From Balneolales bacterium (lineage in GTDB: Bacteria; Bacteroidota; Rhodothermia; Balneolales; Natronogracilivirgulaceae): a stretch of DNA of 47,680 nt. The stretch lies in the NCBI GenBank assembly GCA_007133995.1, contig SLLP01000081.1:1-47680 (forward strand), read 5' to 3'. A model generated the notes under the pieces. The model saw nothing but the letters and a program-made list of their open reading frames with translations, did not search any database and was not told the origin of the DNA. This document shows positions 1 through 8,808 of the stretch, piece after piece (positions within the stretch are counted from its first letter, which is position 1; each line of letters starts with the position of its first letter). The position numbers and the translations under genes were made by a program.

Positions 1-19
1 AGAGCTGTGGAAAAAGAGC

Positions 20-1111
20 ATGAAGAATACCGAGAAGTCATGGAACAGCCATGTCGATGCGACCTCCTCTCCTCGTATCGCCATTGTATTGTCAACCTGT
101 AATGGTGAGCAGTACCTGAATGAACTTCTGGAAAGTTTGAAGCTGCAAACATGGACGCATTGGGATCTGTGGGTGCGTGATGACGGCTCCGAGGATGGAA
201 CTGTGGCCATCCTCCAGGATTTTTCGAAAAAAATGAATGATAAATCAACCGGAAGCAGGATTCATGTTATTGAGGGGGAAAATATGGGGGTGGTGCAAAG
301 TTATTTTACCCTTATTTCCAGAATTCATGGATCCTACACTGCATATGCCTTCAGTGATCAGGATGATGTCTGGTTGCCTGTAAAGCTGGAGCGAGCAGCT
401 TCTGCAATCGTGAACCATCAATCCGGTGACAATGGAGATAATCTACCCTTCTTGTATCATTCCGGCCAGCTCCTTGTAGACCAGCGCTTCGGTCGGCAGA
501 CCATGAGTTCTGCACCTGTGCGAACCGGTTTTGCAAATGCTCTGATTCAGAACCAGGTCGTCGGTTGCACCATGGTCATCAATCCGGCGCTTAGAGAATG
601 TCTGCTGCATGGGATCTCGTCACAACCAGGCAGTGATCCTGTCTCAGGTATTATTATGCATGACTGGTGGTGCTATATGCTGGCCAGCGGATTGGGCAGG
701 ATCGTCTATGATCCCGGTCCTGTGATTATTTTCAGAAGACACGAAAAGAGCACCACACCTGTGGCTGCAAATCCACGCCTTGAGCTACTAAAAAGAATGG
801 CAACACTTAGGAAGCGCAATTGGGCTATATTGCATATTATGCGGCAGGCCGAAACATTCGCCAAAATGTATTTCGATAACGAAGATCAAACTACAGTAAG
901 CAATGGCTCGGCTCCCATGAGAAATCGGATCGAAACGGCAAACATCTGTAAATTATCGGGGCATAACAGGCAGCTTCTCATCAGTCTGATTACGTTGAGA
1001 ACATCCGGATTTTTGAAACGCCTTCATTACCTTTTTATGGGAGAGCACAAAAGAGCCGGAATCCTGGATACTCTGATTTTCCGACTAATGGTACTCATTC
1101 GCCGTTTTTGA
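20..1111 (+). CDS. Glycosyltransferase family 2 (rhamnosyltransferase-like; surface polysaccharide synthesis)
   Basis: 363-aa ORF with ATG at 20. N-terminal GT-A signature IAIVLSTCNGEQYLNELLESL..WDLWVRDDGSEDGT, followed by an SDQDD (DXD-like) motif. Confidence 0.8.
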   Translation: MKNTEKSWNSHVDATSSPRIAIVLSTCNGEQYLNELLESLKLQTWTHWDLWVRDDGSEDGTVAILQDFSKKMNDKSTGSRIHVIEGENMGVVQSYFTLISRIHGSYTAYAFSDQDDVWLPVKLERAASAIVNHQSGDNGDNLPFLYHSGQLLVDQRFGRQTMSSAPVRTGFANALIQNQVVGCTMVINPALRECLLHGISSQPGSDPVSGIIMHDWWCYMLASGLGRIVYDPGPVIIFRRHEKSTTPVAANPRLELLKRMATLRKRNWAILHIMRQAETFAKMYFDNEDQTTVSNGSAPMRNRIETANICKLSGHNRQLLISLITLRTSGFLKRLHYLFMGEHKRAGILDTLIFRLMVLIRRF

Positions 1112-1143
1112 GTATGATTGCTTCACAAAGCATCAACTATGTA

Positions 1144-1482
1144 TCAAACCGAAATGGTTGCAGACAGAGCCGCAGCAGCTGTCTGTTCACTGCATATCCC
1201 ATCACGATATGCCCTTATCCAGTATGACACACTCTTTCGACGGCTCTTGACACCACCATCGCAGGTCGAGTACAATCCAAGCAATTCGTCCCGATACGCT
1301 TCCATGTCTGAGCGGATTGCATTTTTGAGTGATTGCGGGAGGTCATTCCAACCGAATAGCGCAAATACATCGACATCGTGAATATGATTGCCTGTGATGA
1401 GGGAAAGACGGCGCGTATTTTCACCAGGTTCCGATGAATTCAGATTTTTTGAAGTGTTGCCAAGGGTCAGTGCAGTATTCAT
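1144..1482 (-). CDS. Hypothetical protein (weak call, no recognisable family)
   Basis: 112-aa ATG-initiated ORF, the longest in the 578-bp gap between the GT2 gene and the antiporter. Equally weak + strand ORFs overlap it, and I recognise no motif. Confidence 0.2.
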   Translation of the reverse strand: MNTALTLGNTSKNLNSSEPGENTRRLSLITGNHIHDVDVFALFGWNDLPQSLKNAIRSDMEAYRDELLGLYSTCDGGVKSRRKSVSYWIRAYRDGICSEQTAAAALSATISV

Positions 1483-1689
1483 AATCAGTCACATTTTCGT
1501 GGTTTTTTTTTGGTTCAGAGGCAAACTACAACAAGGGTGTGACAACATAGTGTCACCCATTTTATCTTTTTTCGATCGGCTAAACGTAACCCCCGTTCAG
1601 GGTGATACATTTTTTTGTTATGTTTGGAAGTTTCCTGTCCAAGTCTTATCTGCCGGACAATACCGGGGGAATCATATCGATTGGCCCAT

Positions 1690-4233
1690 ATGAATTTTTC
1701 AGAACTTCTCGACCTTCCCATCAATGATCCTGTGCTCATTTTCGCACTGGTCATGGGCATTATTCTTGCTGTTCCACTGATCGCGGACAAGCTTCGCATT
1801 CCAGCCATAGTTGGTTTGATTTTCGCTGGTGCAATTGTGGGACCCGGGGCTCTTGGCCTCATTGAGCGTGACGAAACCATCATTCTGTTGGGTACTGTGG
1901 GTCTGCTGTACTTAATGTTCATTGCCGGCATATCCATCGACCTCGAAAAATTCAGCAAATCCCGTGGGCAGAGCATATCATTCGGGGTGGTATCCTTCGG
2001 GCTTCCACTGGCGGGCAGTATGCTCCTGGCTCCACCGTTGCTCGGGTATTCCTGGGAGAGTTCACTTTTGCTTGGCGCCATAGTCGGCTCCCATACCCTG
2101 CTGGCCTATCCCATTGCCAATCGCCTTGGAATTGGAAAAAACAAGGCTGTGACCCTGAGCCTTGGTGCTACCATAGTCACCGATGCCCTTTCTCTGACCA
2201 TACTTGCTGTTGTTGCAGCAACGGTTCACGGAGAGATCAATGTCCGTTTTTGGCTTACATTTTTAGGATCTGTGGGTATCTATCTGCTGCTGATGATTTT
2301 CACACTGCCGAGATTCGGGCGCTGGTTTTTCCGAACCGTCAGGGATCGAACCGACATTGAATATGTCTTTCTTCTGACGGTCCTTTTTGTCACGGCTTAT
2401 ATTGCTCAGCTTGTAGGTCTGGCAGCAATCATTGGTGCTTTTCTGGCCGGCCTCAGCATGAATCGCCTTGTTCCTGAAAGCAGTACGCTGATGAGCAGGG
2501 TGCAATTTATCGGCAATGCTTTGTTTATTCCTTTCTTTTTGATATCGGTTGGCATGCTTGTGGATATTCGTGTGCTTACATCCACTGACGTCTGGCTTGT
2601 AGCGCTGCTCTTTTTTCTTCTAGTAATCGTCGGCAAGCAGCTGTCTGCCAAAGCTGCTCAACTCTACTTCCGGCTGACTCCCGATGAAGGCTGGGTGATG
2701 CTGGGTCTTACCACCCCGCAGGCTGCAGCCACGCTTGCAGTAACACTCATCGGCTACGAGCTTGCCCTATTCGATGAGCTTGCCGTCAATGCGGTCGTAC
2801 TTCTTATCATGGCGAGCTGCTTTGTCGGTCCCTATCTGGTAGATCTGTACGGCCGGCGGGTTGTTGCGGCAGAGGAAAAATCATCCCTTAAAATATCCGA
2901 TTCACCGGAACGAATCCTTGTCCCGCTTTCGAATCCCGTTACTTCAGAAGCACTTATGGATATCGCCATTATGATTCGCGGTAATAACAGTACGGAACCA
3001 ATCTTTCCGTTGACTGTTGCACGGGAATCGCGTTATGTGGAAGCGGCTGTGGCATCCGGCGAAAAGCTGCTGAGCCATGCTGTAGTCCACGCAGCAGCAG
3101 CAGATGTGCCCGTAATTCCTGTAACACGGGTGGATTTCAACGTAGCTTCAGGAATCATCCGGGCTACCAGGGAACTTCGCATTTCCGATATCGTAATCGG
3201 CTGGAACGGAGTCATCAATACACGACAACGAATATTTGGTTCGGTGTTGGATCAGCTCATGGAGCAGTCCGATGAGACTATTCTTGTATCAAAAATCGAT
3301 CAGCCCATCAATACCATGGAGCGTGTGATTCTGGCGGTCCCGCCCATGGCTCAATACGAACCGGGTTTTGGAAACAGTTTTCAGACCATAAAAAAGCTGG
3401 TTAACCAACTGGGAACCAGATTGTTTGTTCTTGGTGCAGAAAGCAATTTGTCTCTGCTTAAACCTTTTATCGAGAAGCAGAAACCCGAACTTTCCGCCAA
3501 GTATCAGATAGTTGACAACTGGAACAAGGTGACTGAAAGCATCAGGGAGCATTACGATGAACACGACCTGGTGATCCTGTTCAGTTCACGCCGCGGAGGC
3601 ATTGCCTGGCAGCCAAGTTTTGAACGACTTCCCGGACAGATCATCCAGAAAGTGAAGCCCGATAATTTTATCATAGTTTATCCGGCCGAGGTGGGAGAGC
3701 ATAATAAACCGACGGCAGTACTTCGTTTTGATGAATCCCCCCTGCTTCCTGATATTTCGGCCAATCAAATATATATTGCCACAGACAGTGAAACGAGTGC
3801 CGGTAACGCCATAGACAAAATGGTTGCAGCCATTTTCCCCGATCGGGCAGATGTCTCTACAGAAATCGCCCACAAACTCAAACTCGTGGAGCCGGATAAC
3901 ATGCCCAGTGACCTTCCAGGGGTGATGCTTTCGCATTTAAGTACTCATTATGTGAACAAGCCATTGCTGCTTCTTGCAATAAATGAACATGGTTTCGAGT
4001 CGGAGATTATGGATAAGCCTGCCAATGTCATTTTTATTCTGCTGAGTCCCACCCATATGAGTGTTCAGCGCAGACTGCTCATACTCAATCGACTTGGCCG
4101 GTTTATCGGAAGCAATGACATTAAAACCCGGCTGGCTTATGCAAAGAATATTGATGAAATCCGAAAGGTGCTGTCGGCAAAACTGACCATACTACCGGGT
4201 CAGGAGAGTGAAAAGAAAGAAAATCGCGGTTGA
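1690..4233 (+). CDS. CPA2-family cation:proton antiporter fused to two USP-like modules and a C-terminal PTS EIIA-type-2 (PtsN-like) domain
   Basis: Track frame 1615..4233 trimmed to the ATG at 1690 (MNFSELLDLPINDPVLIFALVMG, start of the first TM helix). About 400 aa of multiple hydrophobic helices typical of Na+/H+ exchanger (Kef-type) proteins. Two USP-like repeats follow (ERILVPLSNP..., MERVILAVPP...). The last ~150 aa (from nt 3754) resemble EIIA-Ntr and include a candidate phospho-His in GVMLSHLS (CAT 3934-3936). Confidence 0.85.
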   Translation: MNFSELLDLPINDPVLIFALVMGIILAVPLIADKLRIPAIVGLIFAGAIVGPGALGLIERDETIILLGTVGLLYLMFIAGISIDLEKFSKSRGQSISFGVVSFGLPLAGSMLLAPPLLGYSWESSLLLGAIVGSHTLLAYPIANRLGIGKNKAVTLSLGATIVTDALSLTILAVVAATVHGEINVRFWLTFLGSVGIYLLLMIFTLPRFGRWFFRTVRDRTDIEYVFLLTVLFVTAYIAQLVGLAAIIGAFLAGLSMNRLVPESSTLMSRVQFIGNALFIPFFLISVGMLVDIRVLTSTDVWLVALLFFLLVIVGKQLSAKAAQLYFRLTPDEGWVMLGLTTPQAAATLAVTLIGYELALFDELAVNAVVLLIMASCFVGPYLVDLYGRRVVAAEEKSSLKISDSPERILVPLSNPVTSEALMDIAIMIRGNNSTEPIFPLTVARESRYVEAAVASGEKLLSHAVVHAAAADVPVIPVTRVDFNVASGIIRATRELRISDIVIGWNGVINTRQRIFGSVLDQLMEQSDETILVSKIDQPINTMERVILAVPPMAQYEPGFGNSFQTIKKLVNQLGTRLFVLGAESNLSLLKPFIEKQKPELSAKYQIVDNWNKVTESIREHYDEHDLVILFSSRRGGIAWQPSFERLPGQIIQKVKPDNFIIVYPAEVGEHNKPTAVLRFDESPLLPDISANQIYIATDSETSAGNAIDKMVAAIFPDRADVSTEIAHKLKLVEPDNMPSDLPGVMLSHLSTHYVNKPLLLLAINEHGFESEIMDKPANVIFILLSPTHMSVQRRLLILNRLGRFIGSNDIKTRLAYAKNIDEIRKVLSAKLTILPGQESEKKENRG

Positions 4234-4348
4234 AGATCCCGATTTATCATCGCGCCGGTTTTTCAGGATTGTTGCCGGTATGGTTCAATGCAGGAAACTT
4301 ATTTGCGCTGGATGAATGGCAACTCTGCCGGGCAACAAACGGGAGATA

Positions 4349-5248
4349 TTACATATTGTCACTCGGGTAGATTGATTTTTTAGCGGCCAGCAGTGTGTTT
4401 TTCATGAGCATGGCCACGGTCATGGGTCCGACGCCACCCGGTACCGGTGTGATCAGACTGGCTTTTTCAGCGACACTTTCAAAATCACAGTCACCAACCA
4501 GGCGGTATCCTTTATCCCTTGATGAGTCGGAGACCCTGTTAATACCGACATCTATTACTACCACACCCTCCTTTACCATTTGTCCGGTTATGAGTCCGGG
4601 TGAGCCGACGGCTACGATCAGTATATCGGCCTGAATAATGTGCCGGGTAAGGTCGCGTGTGTATTTATGACAGAGTGTGGTTGTGGCTTTTCCCGAGTCA
4701 TTTTCTCGTGAAAGCATGATGGCGAGCGGCGATCCGACAATATTGCTGGCACCGACAACGACGGCATGGCGTCCTTTTGTCATTACACTGTAATACCGAA
4801 ACAGCTCAAGTATTCCGGCAGGAGTGCACGAACGGAATGTGGGCTGGCCGACAGCGAGACGGCCAACGTTCATCGGATGGAAACCATCCACATCCTTCCG
4901 GTGATCAATGGTTTCAATGACCTGGCTTGGGTGAAGGTGTCCGGGCAACGGAAGCTGGAGCAGGATCCCATCGATGCTATCGTCGTTGTTATAAGTGCGG
5001 ATCGCCTCTTTCAATTCCCTGACTGACATGGTATCGGGAAAAGTCACCGTCTCTGATTCAATACCTACTTCTTTGCATGCTTTGGTTTTTGCTCCGACAT
5101 AGGTTCCTGAAGCAGGATCATTACCAATCAGAATAGCCTGGAGCATAGGCGGGCGGTTTCCCCGTCCAACCCATTCCCGGACATCATCCCTCACCTGTTG
5201 GCGCAGTAATTCCGCAACCTTTTTTCCGTCAATGATATTTCTGGCCAT
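4349..5248 (-). CDS. folD: Bifunctional 5,10-methylene-tetrahydrofolate dehydrogenase / methenyl-THF cyclohydrolase
   Basis: 299 aa. Full-length FolD-like sequence with LVGNDPASxxYV-type segment (ILIGNDPASGTYVGAKTKAC), Rossmann motif VVVGASNIVGSPLA and C-terminal TPVPGGVGPMTVAML. Confidence 0.95.
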   Translation of the reverse strand: MARNIIDGKKVAELLRQQVRDDVREWVGRGNRPPMLQAILIGNDPASGTYVGAKTKACKEVGIESETVTFPDTMSVRELKEAIRTYNNDDSIDGILLQLPLPGHLHPSQVIETIDHRKDVDGFHPMNVGRLAVGQPTFRSCTPAGILELFRYYSVMTKGRHAVVVGASNIVGSPLAIMLSRENDSGKATTTLCHKYTRDLTRHIIQADILIVAVGSPGLITGQMVKEGVVVIDVGINRVSDSSRDKGYRLVGDCDFESVAEKASLITPVPGGVGPMTVAMLMKNTLLAAKKSIYPSDNM

Positions 5249-5271
5249 AGAGGAGAACCCTTTTAAACGGT

Positions 5272-5742
5272 TCAGATCCGGACAAAATGTTCTTCCTCGG
5301 ATTGAAACAGTTCGATGATTTTCTCAGTTTCGTTGCTTTTCAACAGTTTTTCACGGAATGAAGAGCTGTTGAGTAGTCTGGATATGCGGCTCAGCATTTT
5401 GATGTGGATGCTGTTCTGCGACTCGGGTCCAACCAGCAAGAACAGTATCATCACCGGCTCACCATCAATAGAGTCATAATTTACCGGTTTTCGAAGCTTG
5501 CCGAAAGCTGCATAGGTTTGCGACAATTGCCGGCATTTTCCATGCGGAATGGCAAGACCTTTGCCTACACCTGTTGACATGATACTTTCCCTCTCCATCA
5601 CAGCTTTTCGAACAGCTGCTACACTATCCTCATCAAGCCTGGCCCCCAGGGTATGGACCAGGCTATTGATGGCTTCTTCCTTGCTGCCTGCCGACAGATC
5701 GGGAATCACATTTGTGGTGTCTAGAAGATCACTGATTTTCAT
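5272..5742 (-). CDS. ptsN: PTS EIIA-type-2 nitrogen-regulatory protein (EIIA-Ntr)
   Basis: 156 aa. Phosphorylation-site motif GVGKGLAIPHGK and downstream VMILFLLVGPE...HIKMLSRISRLL, typical of PtsN. Confidence 0.85.
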   Translation of the reverse strand: MKISDLLDTTNVIPDLSAGSKEEAINSLVHTLGARLDEDSVAAVRKAVMERESIMSTGVGKGLAIPHGKCRQLSQTYAAFGKLRKPVNYDSIDGEPVMILFLLVGPESQNSIHIKMLSRISRLLNSSSFREKLLKSNETEKIIELFQSEEEHFVRI

Positions 5743-5872
5743 GAATATTTTTCAATTACAGACCTAAAAAAAACTTATCAAATATAAAGATCATGCGGAT
5801 TATATCACAAAAGTTATTGGCATTAAAACTGATACGGTATTACTTTTAGTATAATCCGATAACTGATCATAC

Positions 5873-6544
5873 ATGTCTCTCATTTCCCACTCTTTTGCTG
5901 TTTTTTTAAAGGATTTTCGTCTTGAGTGGCGATCGCGGTTTGGCATCAGCACCGTTCTCGCCTTTATTCTGTCGACTCTTTTTATTGTTCTATTTTCTCT
6001 GCGCGCTGATTTACTCACCGTAAACGTTCAAAGCGGACTCATTTGGATTATCGTGCTTTTTGCATCTCTAACCACTCTCGCCCGTGTATTCACCAGTGAA
6101 AGCGAACGCAGCACTTATGATCTGTTAAGGCTGAATGCATCTGCTATGTGCGTGTATATTGGTAAACTTGTATACAATTTTCTCTTAACGCTTCTCATTA
6201 CAGTTGTTACTGTTACATTGTTTATATTAATGGTAAGTATGGACGTCGAGCGGCCGATGCTGCTTTTGGTTATTGTGATCCTTGGTTCGGCCGGGCTTGC
6301 CGGAGCAACCACTATGCTGAGTGCACTGGTATCCCAGGCAACACGAAAGGGTGCGGTTTTTCCGGTACTTTCCCTGCCCCTGCTGATACCACTCATGTTG
6401 ATCCTGGTCCGCATCACCGGGTTTGTGTTTGCCGGGGGTAGCGGTGACCCGGACTATGCCAACGATCTCGCGGCGCTTGCAGGTTTCACAGGTGTAACCA
6501 TATCGGCTTCCATCGTACTATTTGACAATCTCTGGGAAGATTGA
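5873..6544 (+). CDS. ccmB: Heme exporter protein B (ABC-type CcmB permease)
   Basis: 223 aa with 6 predicted TM segments. Blocks GLIWIIVLFASLTTLARVFTSESERSTYDLLRL and GAVFPVLSLPLLIPLMLIL parallel E. coli CcmB (GIIWVAALLSSLLALERLF..DGSLEQLML; GGVLLSILVLPLTIPLLIF). Confidence 0.75.
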   Translation: MSLISHSFAVFLKDFRLEWRSRFGISTVLAFILSTLFIVLFSLRADLLTVNVQSGLIWIIVLFASLTTLARVFTSESERSTYDLLRLNASAMCVYIGKLVYNFLLTLLITVVTVTLFILMVSMDVERPMLLLVIVILGSAGLAGATTMLSALVSQATRKGAVFPVLSLPLLIPLMLILVRITGFVFAGGSGDPDYANDLAALAGFTGVTISASIVLFDNLWED

Positions 6545-6552
6545 TTTTTTTT

Positions 6553-7806
6553 ATGTCAAATCACGGTAATATACATAACACAGATTTGGGAGAAGATTCT
6601 GGAGAAGAAAACAGCGGCATCATCGGCTCCCGTAGACTTATTGGCCAGGAACGGCTGCGTCGTCAGATGTGGCGTATCCTTGAAGAGGACCGGATCAGTC
6701 ATGCCTATCTAATCAGCGGGCAACCCGGTTCGGGAAAGAAAGCACTGGCTTTGGCATTTGCAGAGGCGATTAACGGTGTTGATCATTTAGGCAAACCGGC
6801 TCCCGGTATGCATTCCGATCGAAGATCGTGGTATTATCATCCTGATATCCATGTTTATCTCCCGCTTCCGTCCAATGTTACCAGGGATGAGCTTAGTGCT
6901 CGTGTGGAGCTCCTGGCTGAGGATCCGTATGAGATAGTTGATTTTGCAATGCGTCCCTCTCTTACAGCACAGGATGACAGCAAAAACCGCAGGGCGTTCT
7001 ATTCTGTTGACTATTTCAATTCGGAAGTGCGCAGGGCAGCATACCTCAGGCCTAATGAGGGCCGAAGAAATATTGTGATCATAACCAATATCGAAAGCAT
7101 GCGTAAGGAAGTGGTCAATTCATTTCTGAAGCTTCTTGAAGAGCCCGGGGAGAATGTTATGTTCATTCTTACTACAGACAATATCAACGGGTTGCTTCCA
7201 ACCGTCATATCACGCTGTCAGCTTCTTCCTTGTCAGCCGTTGCTTCCGGATGAAATATGCGACGGACTTATTGCATTCGATGGTATGGCAGAATCGGATG
7301 CGCGTTTCCTGTCTCGCATTGCCGGTGGGAATTACAGTTATACCAGGTTTTATGATCTTGAGACATTGGAGAGCAACCGGGAAGATATTATCCGTTTTCT
7401 GCGAATGTCTTACAAGATGGATGTCGGTGATATTCTGGAGATCAGCCAGAGATGGCAGTCCGAGTACAACAAGGAAGGCCAGCTGGCTATCATTAACATG
7501 ATCGAGATGTTTCTGAGGGACATCGCACTGTATTCAGCCTGCGCAGACGAATCATTGATCACTAACAGTGATCGCCTTGATGTGATCCGAAACTTCTGCT
7601 CGAGTCTGAAAGATGCGAGAATCGAAGATATGCTTGAAACATTAGAGGAGTCTCGAACGTTGCTGACTCAGAATATTCAACCCAGATTGCTGTTCACCGT
7701 AATGGCAAACCGTTTTTCAGCCTGGATGCGAGGATCGGATGCAGCGGTGGATTCCGGAGAAGAGTGGAAGCATATGCCGGCACTCATCAAAGTCAAAGAA
7801 TCATAA
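6553..7806 (+). CDS. holB: DNA polymerase III delta-prime subunit (clamp-loader AAA+)
   Basis: Track ORF starts at TTG 6541, and the first ATG is at 6553. Motifs SHAYLISGQPGSGKKALALAFAEAING (P-loop-like), LLEEPGENVMFIL (sensor/box VII region) and SRCQLL. Confidence 0.8.
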   Translation: MSNHGNIHNTDLGEDSGEENSGIIGSRRLIGQERLRRQMWRILEEDRISHAYLISGQPGSGKKALALAFAEAINGVDHLGKPAPGMHSDRRSWYYHPDIHVYLPLPSNVTRDELSARVELLAEDPYEIVDFAMRPSLTAQDDSKNRRAFYSVDYFNSEVRRAAYLRPNEGRRNIVIITNIESMRKEVVNSFLKLLEEPGENVMFILTTDNINGLLPTVISRCQLLPCQPLLPDEICDGLIAFDGMAESDARFLSRIAGGNYSYTRFYDLETLESNREDIIRFLRMSYKMDVGDILEISQRWQSEYNKEGQLAIINMIEMFLRDIALYSACADESLITNSDRLDVIRNFCSSLKDARIEDMLETLEESRTLLTQNIQPRLLFTVMANRFSAWMRGSDAAVDSGEEWKHMPALIKVKES

Positions 7807-7854
7807 TTTTAAAAATACGCTGCACCTTGCTGTGCACATGCAATTCAATACCCT

Positions 7855-8718
7855 ATGTCGCGACACAGTTATCCAGTAATTGTTGATTTCGTTAAAATGC
7901 ACGGTGCGGGAAATGATTTTATTGTTATGGATGCCCGGAGGGATGACTTTCCGATCGAGGAAGTCCGTCGTCGTACACCTGAATTATGCCACAGGAGAAC
8001 CGGTATAGGTGCCGACGGTGTTTTGATGTTGGGCAACTCCGAAGATTCCGATTATTCAATGCACTATCTTAACGCCGATGGGTCTGAGGCCGGAATGTGC
8101 GGCAATGGTTCACGCTGTCTTGCCCGCTTTGCTACTGACCTCGGATTACCCGATAATCTTGAATTTTCTGTCGGCAAAAGACACTATGGTGCTGAGGTTT
8201 ATAACGATTACGTGTCCATCCGGTTTCCGGTAAAGCCGGAACCAGTAAAAAGAACCATTGACGGTACGGACTGGGTTGAGATTCATACGGGTACGGAACA
8301 TGTCGTTTCAATTGATCCCAGACATCAGAAAACCTCTGAAATGAACCTCAGAAAAACCGGCAGGAAAATCAGAAACCGTATCGACTTATTTCCGGCCGGT
8401 ACCAATGTCAATTTTTCAACCATTTTAAACCAGAATAGTCTCCGGCTTGTTACGTATGAACGGGGTGTTGAAGATCTGACTCTGGCATGCGGTACCGGTG
8501 CTATTGCCACTGCGATTGCTCACATTTTTATAAACTCAAGCTCTGCATCACCTGGCGACAGTGCCGTAACAAGGGAGCATCATATCCAGATTGAATGTCC
8601 CGGCGGCCCACTTGAAGTTTCTTTTATCCATACCCGAAGCAGATCCGAATCTTATTTCGACAATATCGTTCTTTATGGTCCGGTCGTTACGGTATATCAT
8701 GGACGGTTTACAGTTTAG
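7855..8718 (+). CDS. dapF: Diaminopimelate epimerase
   Basis: 287 aa. GAGNDFIV near the N-terminus. Both catalytic Cys motifs are present: MCGNGSRC and ACGTGA. Confidence 0.92.
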   Translation: MSRHSYPVIVDFVKMHGAGNDFIVMDARRDDFPIEEVRRRTPELCHRRTGIGADGVLMLGNSEDSDYSMHYLNADGSEAGMCGNGSRCLARFATDLGLPDNLEFSVGKRHYGAEVYNDYVSIRFPVKPEPVKRTIDGTDWVEIHTGTEHVVSIDPRHQKTSEMNLRKTGRKIRNRIDLFPAGTNVNFSTILNQNSLRLVTYERGVEDLTLACGTGAIATAIAHIFINSSSASPGDSAVTREHHIQIECPGGPLEVSFIHTRSRSESYFDNIVLYGPVVTVYHGRFTV

Positions 8719-8808
8719 CAGATGGTTCACTTGAATCAAGTCAGATTAAAAGCCTCAAATACAGAATATGCATCGGTGGTGCTCATCCTCTCATTTTTAC
8801 ACCGGACA

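Noticed and set aside
1615-1689. Upstream extensions offered by the ORF track: antiporter from 1615, plug protein from 8722, S9 peptidase from 34925, SPOR protein from 37849, M20 peptidase from 43281, LptC from 28825.
   Set aside because: In each case an internal ATG yields a proper signal peptide or first TM helix and removes overlap with the preceding gene. The extensions have non-protein-like sequence.
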